NCBI GenBank assembly: GCA_965207075.1 | Contig: CBDBLO010000002.1 | Location: 1,248,001-1,312,000, forward strand | Length of the DNA stretch: 64,000 nt | Direction: 5' to 3' | From: Nitrosopumilus sp. | GTDB taxonomy: Archaea; Thermoproteota; Nitrososphaeria; Nitrososphaerales; Nitrosopumilaceae | Part shown: positions 8,912 through 18,067 of the stretch, piece after piece | How the letters are laid out: each line of letters starts with the position of its first letter | How positions within the stretch are numbered: the stretch's first letter is position 1 | Notes under the pieces: model-generated | Databases searched by the model: none | What the model was told of the DNA's origin: nothing | Seen by the model: only the letters and a program-made list of their open reading frames with translations | Position numbers and translations under genes: made by a program

Positions 8912-11656
8912 TCAGGCGGAGCACGCGCTGAACCCGCAGTGGTTGCAGTGCGAGCACCCCTCGGACAACACGATCTGCTTACCGCACGACGGGCAATCGC
9001 GCCCGCCGTCGGGGGCGGCTGCACCCTCGTCCTTCTCTGCGGACTCGTCCGCCTGTTTGTCACTGCCGGCGTCCTCCTTTTCATCAGCCTCAAACGCGTA
9101 CGACAGCACGTCGCGCACGTAGTCGCTGCCCCGCCGTAACTCCTCTATCACCCCGCGCGTGGCGTCGGACACCCTGCACATGCGTATGTTGTCAGCGGCC
9201 GCCGCCTTCCTGCCTCCCCCTACCTTCTGGTCGTTGCCGACCTCTCCGCCGGACTTGCCGTGGTGGAGCACCTGCTTGTCCCTCGAACCGTCGCGGTATA
9301 CGGTGATCCCCTTGAGCCCCAGTTCGTGGGCCAGCGCGTACGCCGCCCGCACGTCGTTGATGTCAGTGCTGGACGGCATGTTGATCGTCTTTGATATGCT
9401 GTTTGCAATCCAGCGCTGCCACACGGCCTGCGCCATGAGGTGGTCGGCCCAGTGTATGTCCGCCGCAGTCACGAACACGCGGCGCATGTCCTCCGGCATG
9501 TCCGCGTCGGCCCGTATGCTGCCGCCCGCCTCCGTTATGCGCTCGGCCGCCTCCTCGCTGTACAGGCCGCGCGCCTCGAGTTCCGCCTTCAGGTCGTGGT
9601 TCGCGTAGTGAAAGCTCCCCACCGCCACGTGCTTCTCATAACTCAGAGCGAACACCGGCTCCATGCCGTTCGAGCAGCTGGCGATCATCGCGATGGTGCC
9701 AGTCGGCGCCACCGTCGTGGTTACGACGTTGCGTATGCCGTGCTCCCTGACGCGCGCAGCCAGCCCCTTCCAGTCGCATGTCCGCCCGCGCAGCGGCGAG
9801 TCCTCCGGACCGATGCCGTCCTCGAACGCGCCGGCCACGGGCAGCCTCCCGTCCACGTATTCGGTCTTGTCGTACAGCCCGAACGTCCCGCGCTCCCTGG
9901 CGAGTTCGACCGACTCGTCCATCGAATAATAGGTGAGGTACTCGGCCAGCTGCGCCTGCAGGGCGAACCCCTCGCGAGAGTTGTACGGTATGCGCAGCTT
10001 GTAAAGCAGGTCGGCCACGCCCATGACGCCCAGGCCGATGCGCCTCGACTCCCTGGCGGCTACGGCAATCTCCGGTATGGGATAGAGGTTCGCGTCCACC
10101 ACGGCGTCCAAAAACCTCGTGGTCGTCCGTATGGCCCGCACGTACCCCTTCCAGTCGAACTTGCCGTCCCCGTCCAGCAGCCCCGCCACGTTTATCGACC
10201 CGAGGTTGCACGACTCGTACGGGTACAGGCTCTGCTCGCCGCACGGGTTCGTCGCCCGCAGCGGCCCGCCCCTGGCCTTGGCGAACACGTTGTGCTTGTT
10301 GCAGTTGTCCAGAAATATCAGTCCCGGTTCAGCCGACATGTACGCGCTCATGGCAATGTCGTCCCACAGCTTGCGCGCGTCGGTCTCGCCCGCGGGCTCG
10401 CCCGTGCGCGGGTTCCGAGAATGGTATTTTTCGTCCTCCACCACGCACTTCCAAAAGTCCCCCCACATCCCGACGGACACGTTGAAGTTTTCCAGCACCT
10501 TGGGCTTCTGCTTGGCCCGTATGAAGCCCTCGATGTCGGGATGCCATACCTCGAGTATCCCCATGTTCGCGCCGCGCCTCTTGCCGCCCTGCTTCACCAC
10601 CTCGGTTATCGCGTTTACGATTCCCATGAACGACACCGGTCCGGACGCCACCCCGGACGTGCTGGCCACCATGTCACCCTCCGGCCGCACGTCAGAATAG
10701 TTTATGCCGACGCCCCCGCCTGACTGGAATATCATCGTGGCGTCGGTCGCAGCCTTCATTATGCTGACAAGCGAGTCTCCCACGCCCAGTACGAAGCACG
10801 CGGACAGCTGCCCCAGCCTCCCGCCGGCGTTCATCAGCGTCGGGGAGTTGGGCATGAACTTTTGCCCCACCATCAGGTCGTAATACGCGTCAATCTTGTC
10901 GGCCACGTGGTCCAGTTCCCCGCGCTTGATCATGTCGAGCAGTTCCTTGAACGGTACGGACACGCGCGGCGCCGCGTCTGCGTACGCCCTTACCAGCGCC
11001 CGCAGGTGCCACCTGTTGAGCGCGTACCTCCCCACGCGCAGCCTGCCGTCAAAGTAGTCGGCGGTGTCGGAGTACGATACGGCCTCCTCGCGGCGCCTCT
11101 GCGCCTCCGCCCCGTCGTCCTCCCCGCCGTCAGGCAGCGCCACCTTTCCGTCATGTATCAAATCCGGAATCCCCATGAGCAGGGCCACGCGCTCGAACAG
11201 CTGCCTGGGCGTCTCTATGATCTCCCCGTCGTCATTCCGGAACAGGTACCGCGAGGCCAGCACGCGCAAACATGATATGTCGAACCTCTTTGACACGTCG
11301 CACAGCCGAACCCGCCTGCCCAGAACCTCCTGCTTTTCCGTCCTGGCCTGCCGGTGCTCGTGCCTGTACCGTATGTAGTCCCTAGCTATCTGCACGTGCC
11401 CCCCAGCGAGCAGTGCGTCCTCGACCATGTCCTGCACGTCCTCGACGGTGAGTTCCCGGTGCCTGTGGTCCACTCTCTCGATGCGCCCCATCACGGCGCC
11501 GCAGACTTCGCCGGCTATGCGGGCGGCATCCGGTTCATTCGACTCCGCGGCGGCCTTCCGGATTGCGTTCCTTATAAGACCCTGGTCAAACTCGGCCTCC
11601 GTCCCGTCCCGTTTCCTGATTGTCTGAACCGGTACGGTGGAGACAGTGGTTGACAA
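8912..11656 (-). CDS. nrdJ: Class II (adenosylcobalamin-dependent) ribonucleotide reductase with N-terminal ATP cone
   Basis: IRKRDG ATP cone, PNSPTLMNAG, SACFV, NPCGEQ, VAPTGT, C-terminal Zn ribbon; start placed at TTG ~25 nt after TTATAT. Confidence 0.93.
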   Translation of the reverse strand: MSTTVSTVPVQTIRKRDGTEAEFDQGLIRNAIRKAAAESNEPDAARIAGEVCGAVMGRIERVDHRHRELTVEDVQDMVEDALLAGGHVQIARDYIRYRHEHRQARTEKQEVLGRRVRLCDVSKRFDISCLRVLASRYLFRNDDGEIIETPRQLFERVALLMGIPDLIHDGKVALPDGGEDDGAEAQRRREEAVSYSDTADYFDGRLRVGRYALNRWHLRALVRAYADAAPRVSVPFKELLDMIKRGELDHVADKIDAYYDLMVGQKFMPNSPTLMNAGGRLGQLSACFVLGVGDSLVSIMKAATDATMIFQSGGGVGINYSDVRPEGDMVASTSGVASGPVSFMGIVNAITEVVKQGGKRRGANMGILEVWHPDIEGFIRAKQKPKVLENFNVSVGMWGDFWKCVVEDEKYHSRNPRTGEPAGETDARKLWDDIAMSAYMSAEPGLIFLDNCNKHNVFAKARGGPLRATNPCGEQSLYPYESCNLGSINVAGLLDGDGKFDWKGYVRAIRTTTRFLDAVVDANLYPIPEIAVAARESRRIGLGVMGVADLLYKLRIPYNSREGFALQAQLAEYLTYYSMDESVELARERGTFGLYDKTEYVDGRLPVAGAFEDGIGPEDSPLRGRTCDWKGLAARVREHGIRNVVTTTVAPTGTIAMIASCSNGMEPVFALSYEKHVAVGSFHYANHDLKAELEARGLYSEEAAERITEAGGSIRADADMPEDMRRVFVTAADIHWADHLMAQAVWQRWIANSISKTINMPSSTDINDVRAAYALAHELGLKGITVYRDGSRDKQVLHHGKSGGEVGNDQKVGGGRKAAAADNIRMCRVSDATRGVIEELRRGSDYVRDVLSYAFEADEKEDAGSDKQADESAEKDEGAAAPDGGRDCPSCGKQIVLSEGCSHCNHCGFSACSA

Positions 11657-11766
11657 TACGCCCAAGACGGCCTGTTGCATATAAGCGGTCGTAATTACAT
11701 GATCATGTAAAATGCAGTATCCGCGGCGCGACATATGTTGTCCGCGCCGCCACAGCCATCGTCGCA

Positions 11767-11952
11767 TCACGCGCCGCCGTCAGAGCATTTGTCACACAAG
11801 GAATCGGCGTCCAGCCCCCTGAGGCAAACCCGCCTGCCGCACTTTGAGCAGTTTTTGAGGCAGGACTCGCACGCTTGGCGGCTGCAGTCTGGGCACGACG
11901 ACGCGCAGGGCGCGCTGCACAGGAAGCATCCGCCCGTGGGCGGCTCCGGCAT
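11767..11952 (-). CDS. Multi-CxxC zinc-binding micro-protein
   Basis: Four CxxC pairs plus further Cys in 61 aa. Confidence 0.65.
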   Translation of the reverse strand: MPEPPTGGCFLCSAPCASSCPDCSRQACESCLKNCSKCGRRVCLRGLDADSLCDKCSDGGA

Positions 11953-12134
11953 TATTTACCACGCTCCCTGCACTCGCCGCATACCTTGCCGGTACCGCCA
12001 ATCTCCGACGGACAAACGTAGCGGAAGCAGCCGGAGCAGTACTTGGCGCATGAGTCACACACCAGCTTCCGGCAGACGGCGCAGATCATGATGTGGACCG
12101 GGACGGACCCGCACGCCACGCACTTTTCAGCCAT
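11952..12134 (-). CDS. Multi-CxxC zinc-binding micro-protein
   Basis: CVAC..CAVC..CDSC..CSGC..CGEC; TAATG overlap. Confidence 0.65.
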   Translation of the reverse strand: MAEKCVACGSVPVHIMICAVCRKLVCDSCAKYCSGCFRYVCPSEIGGTGKVCGECRERGK

Positions 12135-12158
12135 CACGGACTGAGCCGGCCCGCGCTT

Positions 12159-12380
12159 TTAAGACTGGGAAAACAGCTTCTTCTGGCCGCCCCAGCTGCC
12201 GCCGCACGCGTGCTCCGACTGGCCGTGCCACGCCTTGCAGATCTTGCCGCCGCACTTGCCGCACTCTACCATGCACCTGGGGCAGGCGTGCTTGCCACAC
12301 AGGGCGCACGGGGACGTGGTACCGCGCGCGTAGCAGATGGTACAACTTCCGCCACTCCCGTCATTTGCCTCCGGCATCAC
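12159..12380 (-). CDS. Multi-CxxC zinc-binding micro-protein
   Basis: CTIC..CALC..CPRC..CGKC; TATA TTTAAA at ~12401. Confidence 0.65.
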   Translation of the reverse strand: MMPEANDGSGGSCTICYARGTTSPCALCGKHACPRCMVECGKCGGKICKAWHGQSEHACGGSWGGQKKLFSQS

Positions 12381-12450
12381 ACGGGATGCCCGCGGCCGTG
12401 TTTAAAGGGCTCCGGCGGCGGCCTTTTAACCAACGCGCGCGCTTCGTATC

Positions 12451-15400
12451 GTGAATTTCCCGCCTGGCGCGGACCGCCATCACCTCCTACCACCCTTCGC
12501 GGTTACGGCCGCCATCGCGCTCGCCGCGCTCGCCGCGCTCGCCGCGCCCGACCTGCAGCATTCCATCCTTCCCGTCCCGGTACCCACCTCCGCCCAGCTT
12601 GACGAGTCCGCCCCCACCCTCTACCTGCACATACCGGGCAAGATGATTGACGGGCAGACGTATCAGGGAATTGCCGTGTCAAGCGCCCCGGCCGGCCTGT
12701 CGTCAGCGGGCGAGCGAACAGTGCACTTGGCCTCCGGTTCGCCCTCCATAATGCTGCCGCAGACCTCCGTGGAGATCCCCATCGGTAAGAACCACGCCGT
12801 CTTCACTATACATGCGGTGCAGTCTGGGGCGGTTGTGGTTCAGGCCGCGTACGGCGGGCTTATTGGTGAGGCGCACGGCGTGGTCTTCTCGCAGTCCACG
12901 GTGCCGAAAGGACTCGACATAATCACACCGGGCTCCATGACGTCCGCGTCGGACCTGCCAGCCTTCGTCTACCTGATGGACGAGCGCGGTTACCCCGCGC
13001 GCGCCCCCACCGGCGGTATTGATGTCAGGCTGGTGGGCGGCGGCCTGGTGGAGGCGCCGAGCTCCATAACCATACCCGCCGGCTCGGCGCAGGCCCTGGT
13101 GCCGCTGCGCGTGTCCGGCTCGGGCCACGTGTCCGCCGCGGCGCCCGGCCTGATGGGCGACACTGAACTGCTATCCTACGACCGGGACGCCATGCACGTA
13201 CGCCTCGAGGTGTCCCCCGACATCGTGCTGCCCGGCGGCAAGGTGTATTATTCCGTGTGGCTTGAAAGGGATCCCGTCAACTCGGGGTCGGACATAATGC
13301 AGGACGAGTCCGGAACGGAGTCCGCAAGCGCCCCCGTCGATGACGCCCCGACGCTGCCGTACCACCCGCCGCGCGCGATAGCCGCGGAACTGCAGACGAC
13401 CAATACGGACGTGCTCCGGCTCACCGAGAGCCATCCGCCAAACAAGAAGGAGGGCAGGTATTCCCCCATCACGCTGCACGGCGGGAGGGCCGCCGGCGTC
13501 CTGTACGCGGGGCACGGGACGGATGTGCTCCCGGCATCCTCGTTGCACTCTGGGGACCGAACGTCCCCCGCGGGCCCCTCGGCCGGCGGCATCGCCGTGC
13601 TGACGGTGTCGGTGCCAGGGTACGGCGTGGCGTCGGCACATGTGTGTGTCGGAACCGTGGTTACGAGCTCCACGACGGCCGCCGCGTACGACGCCAACAG
13701 CACGAGCGTCGTGGAGGGCTCGGATGGCAACTACCTGATAGTCACCGGCGCCGGCGCCGGCGACCGGCGACAGCAGCAGGGGGATGGAGATGAACAGCAG
13801 CAGGACGAGCAGCAGGACGACTCCGCCTCGACCAACCGCAGCTGCGGCTCCGGCACCGAGACGTGGGCCGCCTACGTGGACCGCATAATCCGGGCGTCCG
13901 TCGCGTCCTCCACACAGTCGGGCGGGAACACTGACGGCTCGACCATACAGTTCCCCCGCGAGACATACGGGCCGCCCGAGCCGAACAACATCCGCCTCTT
14001 CATGCAGCCCAGCACCGTCACGCCGCTGCAGCCGCACTCCGGCACGCAGGGCGTGGTCGGCTTCTACCGCGTGGACGTCCAGGAGCCGGAACAGGCGTCC
14101 TTCACCGACGGCGACCTGACGATCGTCACGTCCACCGAGTACGAGCGCGTAACCCCGGTGCGCGCGGAATACGAGAGCATAACTATAACCGCCTCTTCCG
14201 CGCCCGGCAGCGAGCGCGGGGGAGGCGGCATCGACGTGCGCCCCCACCACGTGTCCCACCCCACGTACCATACGAACGCGTACGCGTTCCCCATACAGGC
14301 AAACTTGGAGGGAATGTACAGCGTGCAGGCCGCGTCCGGCGGCCACGTGCAGAACACCACGCTCCGGGTAGTCCACCCCTATGAGACGGCGTACCACCTC
14401 CACGTGACCGAGTTGCCGCCGCGCGGGCCGGTCGGCGAGGAGCAGCCTCTGTTCATGGTGAACCTGGTCGACGACGCCGGCCGCATAATAGACGTGCTCG
14501 AGGAGTTCGGCGAGCCGCGCACGGTCAGGGCGTCGTTTGGCGACCTGTCCGCGCCATCTGCATCCAACGTTATTATGCGTGATGCCGAGATAGGCTCGTA
14601 CAATACCGCCGTCATAAACGGCCCCGTGCCGGGACCGGGCGGCACCGGCGCCATAATCACACTAGAGGGCTGGCCGCCCGCGTCCGGACCGTACGAGGGC
14701 GACGTGGTGCCCGTCGATGCGCCCGTCAGGATGGAGATGGACGCCCCGCGCATGGTACATGTCGGCGAGCGTTTCCCCGTCACGACGCACACCGTGGACT
14801 CGTTGGGCAACCCCGTCGCGCTGGTCGACGAGAGCGACAGGCGAGACACAGGGTTCACCGCCGCGGAGGACGGGACCGGCCTTGTGGGGTCGGGCGGACA
14901 GCAGCCCCTCAGCTCGCTGTACGAGGTGGGCGGGGCCGTGCAACGGGAGGTGGTGGCGTTCCTGAACAGAATGAGCGTGGACGTGGGCAGCGGCTTTGGC
15001 GGCACCGACGAGCACGGGATGCCGGTGCCCAAGGACGTAAAGGCGGGCGAACCGTTTGAGATCAGGGTCGATTCGCTCACAGTGTCGCGTTCCCAGCAGT
15101 CGGAACAGCAGGACCTGTTCGGCGGCGCACTTGACGGTTTTGACATCGGACTAGACCTTGACGGACTGACCCTCGGCGGCTTCGGCTTAAGCTCGGACGC
15201 CCTGCCAGTACCCGACGTGGCTTACGAAATAGACGCGCCGCCCGGCTGGCCGGTGGAAGAGTCGAGCCCCGGCGTGTTCGTAATTACGCCCGCAGACGAG
15301 GGCGAGTTCACCATCACCGTGAGCGGGAGCAAGGAGGGGTTCGGCTCGAAGCCCGCGACCATACTCATCCGCTCGGAGATGTCCGTGCCGCTCACGGTGG

Positions 15401-16209
15401 ACGCCGTCGTGCCGTCGCACGATACGCGCGTGTCCGTGCCGTTCACCCTGCAGAACGGCACTACGGTTACGACCCCATACCAGACCATACTGTCGAGCCC
15501 GACGGACATGTCATTTGCATTCCCCGAGTCGTTCGAGGGCGGGTACGGTTTGATCGACACGGTATACGAGGGAGGCACCCTCCTGCCCGGCGGGACCGTG
15601 CGCATATCCGCATACGACCGCACGGTCAATGTCACGGCCGTATATGACAGGCAAGTAGAGATCATTGTGCTCGGAACCGGCAGCACAGGCTCCGGGGCCT
15701 ACCAGTACGGGCAGACCGTGGTGGTGTCGGCGTCACCCGGCCACGTCATACCCTACCTGCTCCCCGAAAAGATAGCCTACTGGCAGGGCGTGCCGGGCGG
15801 GGGACTGCCCACCGACGAGGTGATCTCATTCCGCGCCGAGTCCGACGCCGTGATCGAGCCGGTGTTCGAGCCGGACTTCACGCGGCTGTACTTTGTCGTG
15901 GCGGCGGCCGCGGCGGCCGCGGGATACGCTGCGTACCGCAAGTTCGGACCGGCCCTGTCGTACAAGATTGGCGACCTAGTGGACTCGTTGAGGGGCGGCT
16001 CTGACGAAGGCGGGGAGGAAGAGGGGGACAAGGCCTCGGCGGAGGACGTTTCGGACAGTGAATACAACTCCCGCGGCAGTGAGGACGGCTATGACGGGGC
16101 GGCGTACAGCGATACCGGCAGTTATGGAGGCGGGACCGGGCAGAACCCGGACGACGACTACACGACGGCCGACCCCGCACCCCGCACCCCGGAGGACGGG
16201 CGCGCGTGA
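12451..16209 (+). CDS. Large cell-surface protein (signal peptide, Ig-like repeats, C-terminal TM, acidic tail)
   Basis: N-terminal hydrophobic SP; repeated V.IP.G...A.F/L motifs; TM LYFVVAAAAAAAGYAAY; D/E-rich tail. Confidence 0.85.
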   Translation: MNFPPGADRHHLLPPFAVTAAIALAALAALAAPDLQHSILPVPVPTSAQLDESAPTLYLHIPGKMIDGQTYQGIAVSSAPAGLSSAGERTVHLASGSPSIMLPQTSVEIPIGKNHAVFTIHAVQSGAVVVQAAYGGLIGEAHGVVFSQSTVPKGLDIITPGSMTSASDLPAFVYLMDERGYPARAPTGGIDVRLVGGGLVEAPSSITIPAGSAQALVPLRVSGSGHVSAAAPGLMGDTELLSYDRDAMHVRLEVSPDIVLPGGKVYYSVWLERDPVNSGSDIMQDESGTESASAPVDDAPTLPYHPPRAIAAELQTTNTDVLRLTESHPPNKKEGRYSPITLHGGRAAGVLYAGHGTDVLPASSLHSGDRTSPAGPSAGGIAVLTVSVPGYGVASAHVCVGTVVTSSTTAAAYDANSTSVVEGSDGNYLIVTGAGAGDRRQQQGDGDEQQQDEQQDDSASTNRSCGSGTETWAAYVDRIIRASVASSTQSGGNTDGSTIQFPRETYGPPEPNNIRLFMQPSTVTPLQPHSGTQGVVGFYRVDVQEPEQASFTDGDLTIVTSTEYERVTPVRAEYESITITASSAPGSERGGGGIDVRPHHVSHPTYHTNAYAFPIQANLEGMYSVQAASGGHVQNTTLRVVHPYETAYHLHVTELPPRGPVGEEQPLFMVNLVDDAGRIIDVLEEFGEPRTVRASFGDLSAPSASNVIMRDAEIGSYNTAVINGPVPGPGGTGAIITLEGWPPASGPYEGDVVPVDAPVRMEMDAPRMVHVGERFPVTTHTVDSLGNPVALVDESDRRDTGFTAAEDGTGLVGSGGQQPLSSLYEVGGAVQREVVAFLNRMSVDVGSGFGGTDEHGMPVPKDVKAGEPFEIRVDSLTVSRSQQSEQQDLFGGALDGFDIGLDLDGLTLGGFGLSSDALPVPDVAYEIDAPPGWPVEESSPGVFVITPADEGEFTITVSGSKEGFGSKPATILIRSEMSVPLTVDAVVPSHDTRVSVPFTLQNGTTVTTPYQTILSSPTDMSFAFPESFEGGYGLIDTVYEGGTLLPGGTVRISAYDRTVNVTAVYDRQVEIIVLGTGSTGSGAYQYGQTVVVSASPGHVIPYLLPEKIAYWQGVPGGGLPTDEVISFRAESDAVIEPVFEPDFTRLYFVVAAAAAAAGYAAYRKFGPALSYKIGDLVDSLRGGSDEGGEEEGDKASAEDVSDSEYNSRGSEDGYDGAAYSDTGSYGGGTGQNPDDDYTTADPAPRTPEDGRA

Positions 16210-16267
16210 TGGCGACCGGCCGCAGGGCCAGCCCCCTGCATAAAGAGGCACGCGCCGGGGTGGTCCC

Positions 16268-17965
16268 GTGAGACCCCCGTTTGGCAGGAAGAAAAGGGGC
16301 GGGGCCCGTGCGGGCGAACCCAAAAGGGAGGCTCCCCCTCCCACGCCGTCCGACACCCCCAAGGCCGACGAATACATCATCTGCCGCTTTGACGCGAACG
16401 TCGGCGAGGGAGTGCGCATAGAAGAGTCGTACGACGTGGGGCAGGCAAAGGTGAGCATAACCAAAGACGGCCGCTATCTGGTGGACGAGCCGAGACTGAC
16501 GCGCCGCGCGGTGGCCGCCTACCAGAGGCTGATGCGCAACGTCCACCACTCGTTCACCCTGAAAGACATATCCCGTGACGACGTGATACCTCTGCTCAAG
16601 AGCACGCTGGAGAAGGAGTCCCGCCTGACCCTCGACTTCGAGGTGTGGAAGAGGGAGAGGGAGGCCGTCGAGTACTACATGGTGCGCGACGTGGCTGGAT
16701 ACTACGTGCTTGACGTGCTCATAAGGGATCCGCACATCGAGGACATACTGTGCATCGAGTGGGACAAGCCCGTCGCCGTTGTCCACCGCGAGTACCCCCA
16801 CCACACACTGCTCGACACGAACATCAAGTTCCGCTCCGAGTCCGACATGGAGCGCCTCATACAGCGCATCTCGCAGCGGTACGGGGAACCGCCCAGCGAG
16901 ACGCGCCCCATGACCTCGTTTTCCGACGAGCGCGGCATACGCTACACGTTCACGGGCAACCGACGGATAACTCCGGACTCCCCGACCATGTCAATAAGGA
17001 AGCCGTCGGTCACCACCATTACGGTGTGCCACCTGCTGCAGAGCGGACTGCTCTCGCCGCTTGCGGGAGCGTACCTGTGGGCTACCATGGACCTCAAGGG
17101 CTTCGGCCTGGTGATCGGCGCGCCGTCGGCCGGCAAAACCACGATGATCAACGCGATATTCACCATGGCCAACCCCAGCTGGCACTACTATACTATCGAG
17201 GACGTACTCGAGCTAAATTTGCCGCACAGCCACGTCTCGCGCCACCAGACGACTATGAACTCGTCGCTGCAGGCGACGCAGGGCAAGGCGGAGGGCGGCG
17301 ACAGCTTCGGGGTGTTCGACCTGTGCAAACTCTCGTTGCGTTTCCGCCCCGACTTCGTGCTGGTCGGCGAGATACTGGGCCAGGAGGCCGACGGACTGTT
17401 CCAGGCCGCCGCCTCAGGCAGCGGGTGCATGTGCTCGTTCCACGCGAGCAACGCGGAGCATGCCATCACCAGGCTGGAGGCCCCTCCAATCTCACTGTCA
17501 AAGTCGCAGACCGCCCTGCTCACCTACGTGCTGCACATGTCCTGGGTGCTGCACGACAACAAGCGCCAGCGCAAGCTCATAGGCATCACGGAGATCGACA
17601 CCGGCGGGCATGGCGGCCTCAGCGGTGGCGGAGATAGCGACACGGCCGCGGGCGCCTCGTGCGCCACGGGAGGGCAGTCCGCGTCCGGCGCCAGCCCCGA
17701 CGCCAAGATGCTGAATACGCTGTTCTGGTACGACCCGGAGCAGAACCGCGTGCTGCCCGACAGCCTGGACGAGATCATAGAGAGGAGCACGGTCCTGCCG
17801 CGCATGAAGGTCATGATGGGCGTCAAGGACATCAGGGGCGACATGGAGCGCCGCGTGCGTGTCCTTGAGCGCATACGGGACGAGGGCATAACCGACGTGT
17901 CCGACATACACAGGGCGATAAACACGTTCTACCACCCGCCGGACGGCGATCAGGGACAGGCATAA
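16268..17965 (+). CDS. Type II/IV secretion ATPase (ArlI/TadA/VirB11 family)
   Basis: DPHIEDI, Walker A GAPSAGKTT, TIEDVLEL, RFRPDFVLVGE, SFHA His box. Confidence 0.92.
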   Translation: MRPPFGRKKRGGARAGEPKREAPPPTPSDTPKADEYIICRFDANVGEGVRIEESYDVGQAKVSITKDGRYLVDEPRLTRRAVAAYQRLMRNVHHSFTLKDISRDDVIPLLKSTLEKESRLTLDFEVWKREREAVEYYMVRDVAGYYVLDVLIRDPHIEDILCIEWDKPVAVVHREYPHHTLLDTNIKFRSESDMERLIQRISQRYGEPPSETRPMTSFSDERGIRYTFTGNRRITPDSPTMSIRKPSVTTITVCHLLQSGLLSPLAGAYLWATMDLKGFGLVIGAPSAGKTTMINAIFTMANPSWHYYTIEDVLELNLPHSHVSRHQTTMNSSLQATQGKAEGGDSFGVFDLCKLSLRFRPDFVLVGEILGQEADGLFQAAASGSGCMCSFHASNAEHAITRLEAPPISLSKSQTALLTYVLHMSWVLHDNKRQRKLIGITEIDTGGHGGLSGGGDSDTAAGASCATGGQSASGASPDAKMLNTLFWYDPEQNRVLPDSLDEIIERSTVLPRMKVMMGVKDIRGDMERRVRVLERIRDEGITDVSDIHRAINTFYHPPDGDQGQA

Positions 17966-18067
17966 TTACCGGCAGTACCGCGCCATGATGATCGTGCCAC
18001 CCCGCATGATCGCAGGGAGGTTTGACCCCACGGCGTGCGTGTCAGCCTCCCCGTACAATTATTGCCG

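Noticed and set aside
8912-11656. Intein in the RNR
   Set aside because: Length and motifs are continuous; no C/S...HN splice junctions or LAGLIDADG motifs
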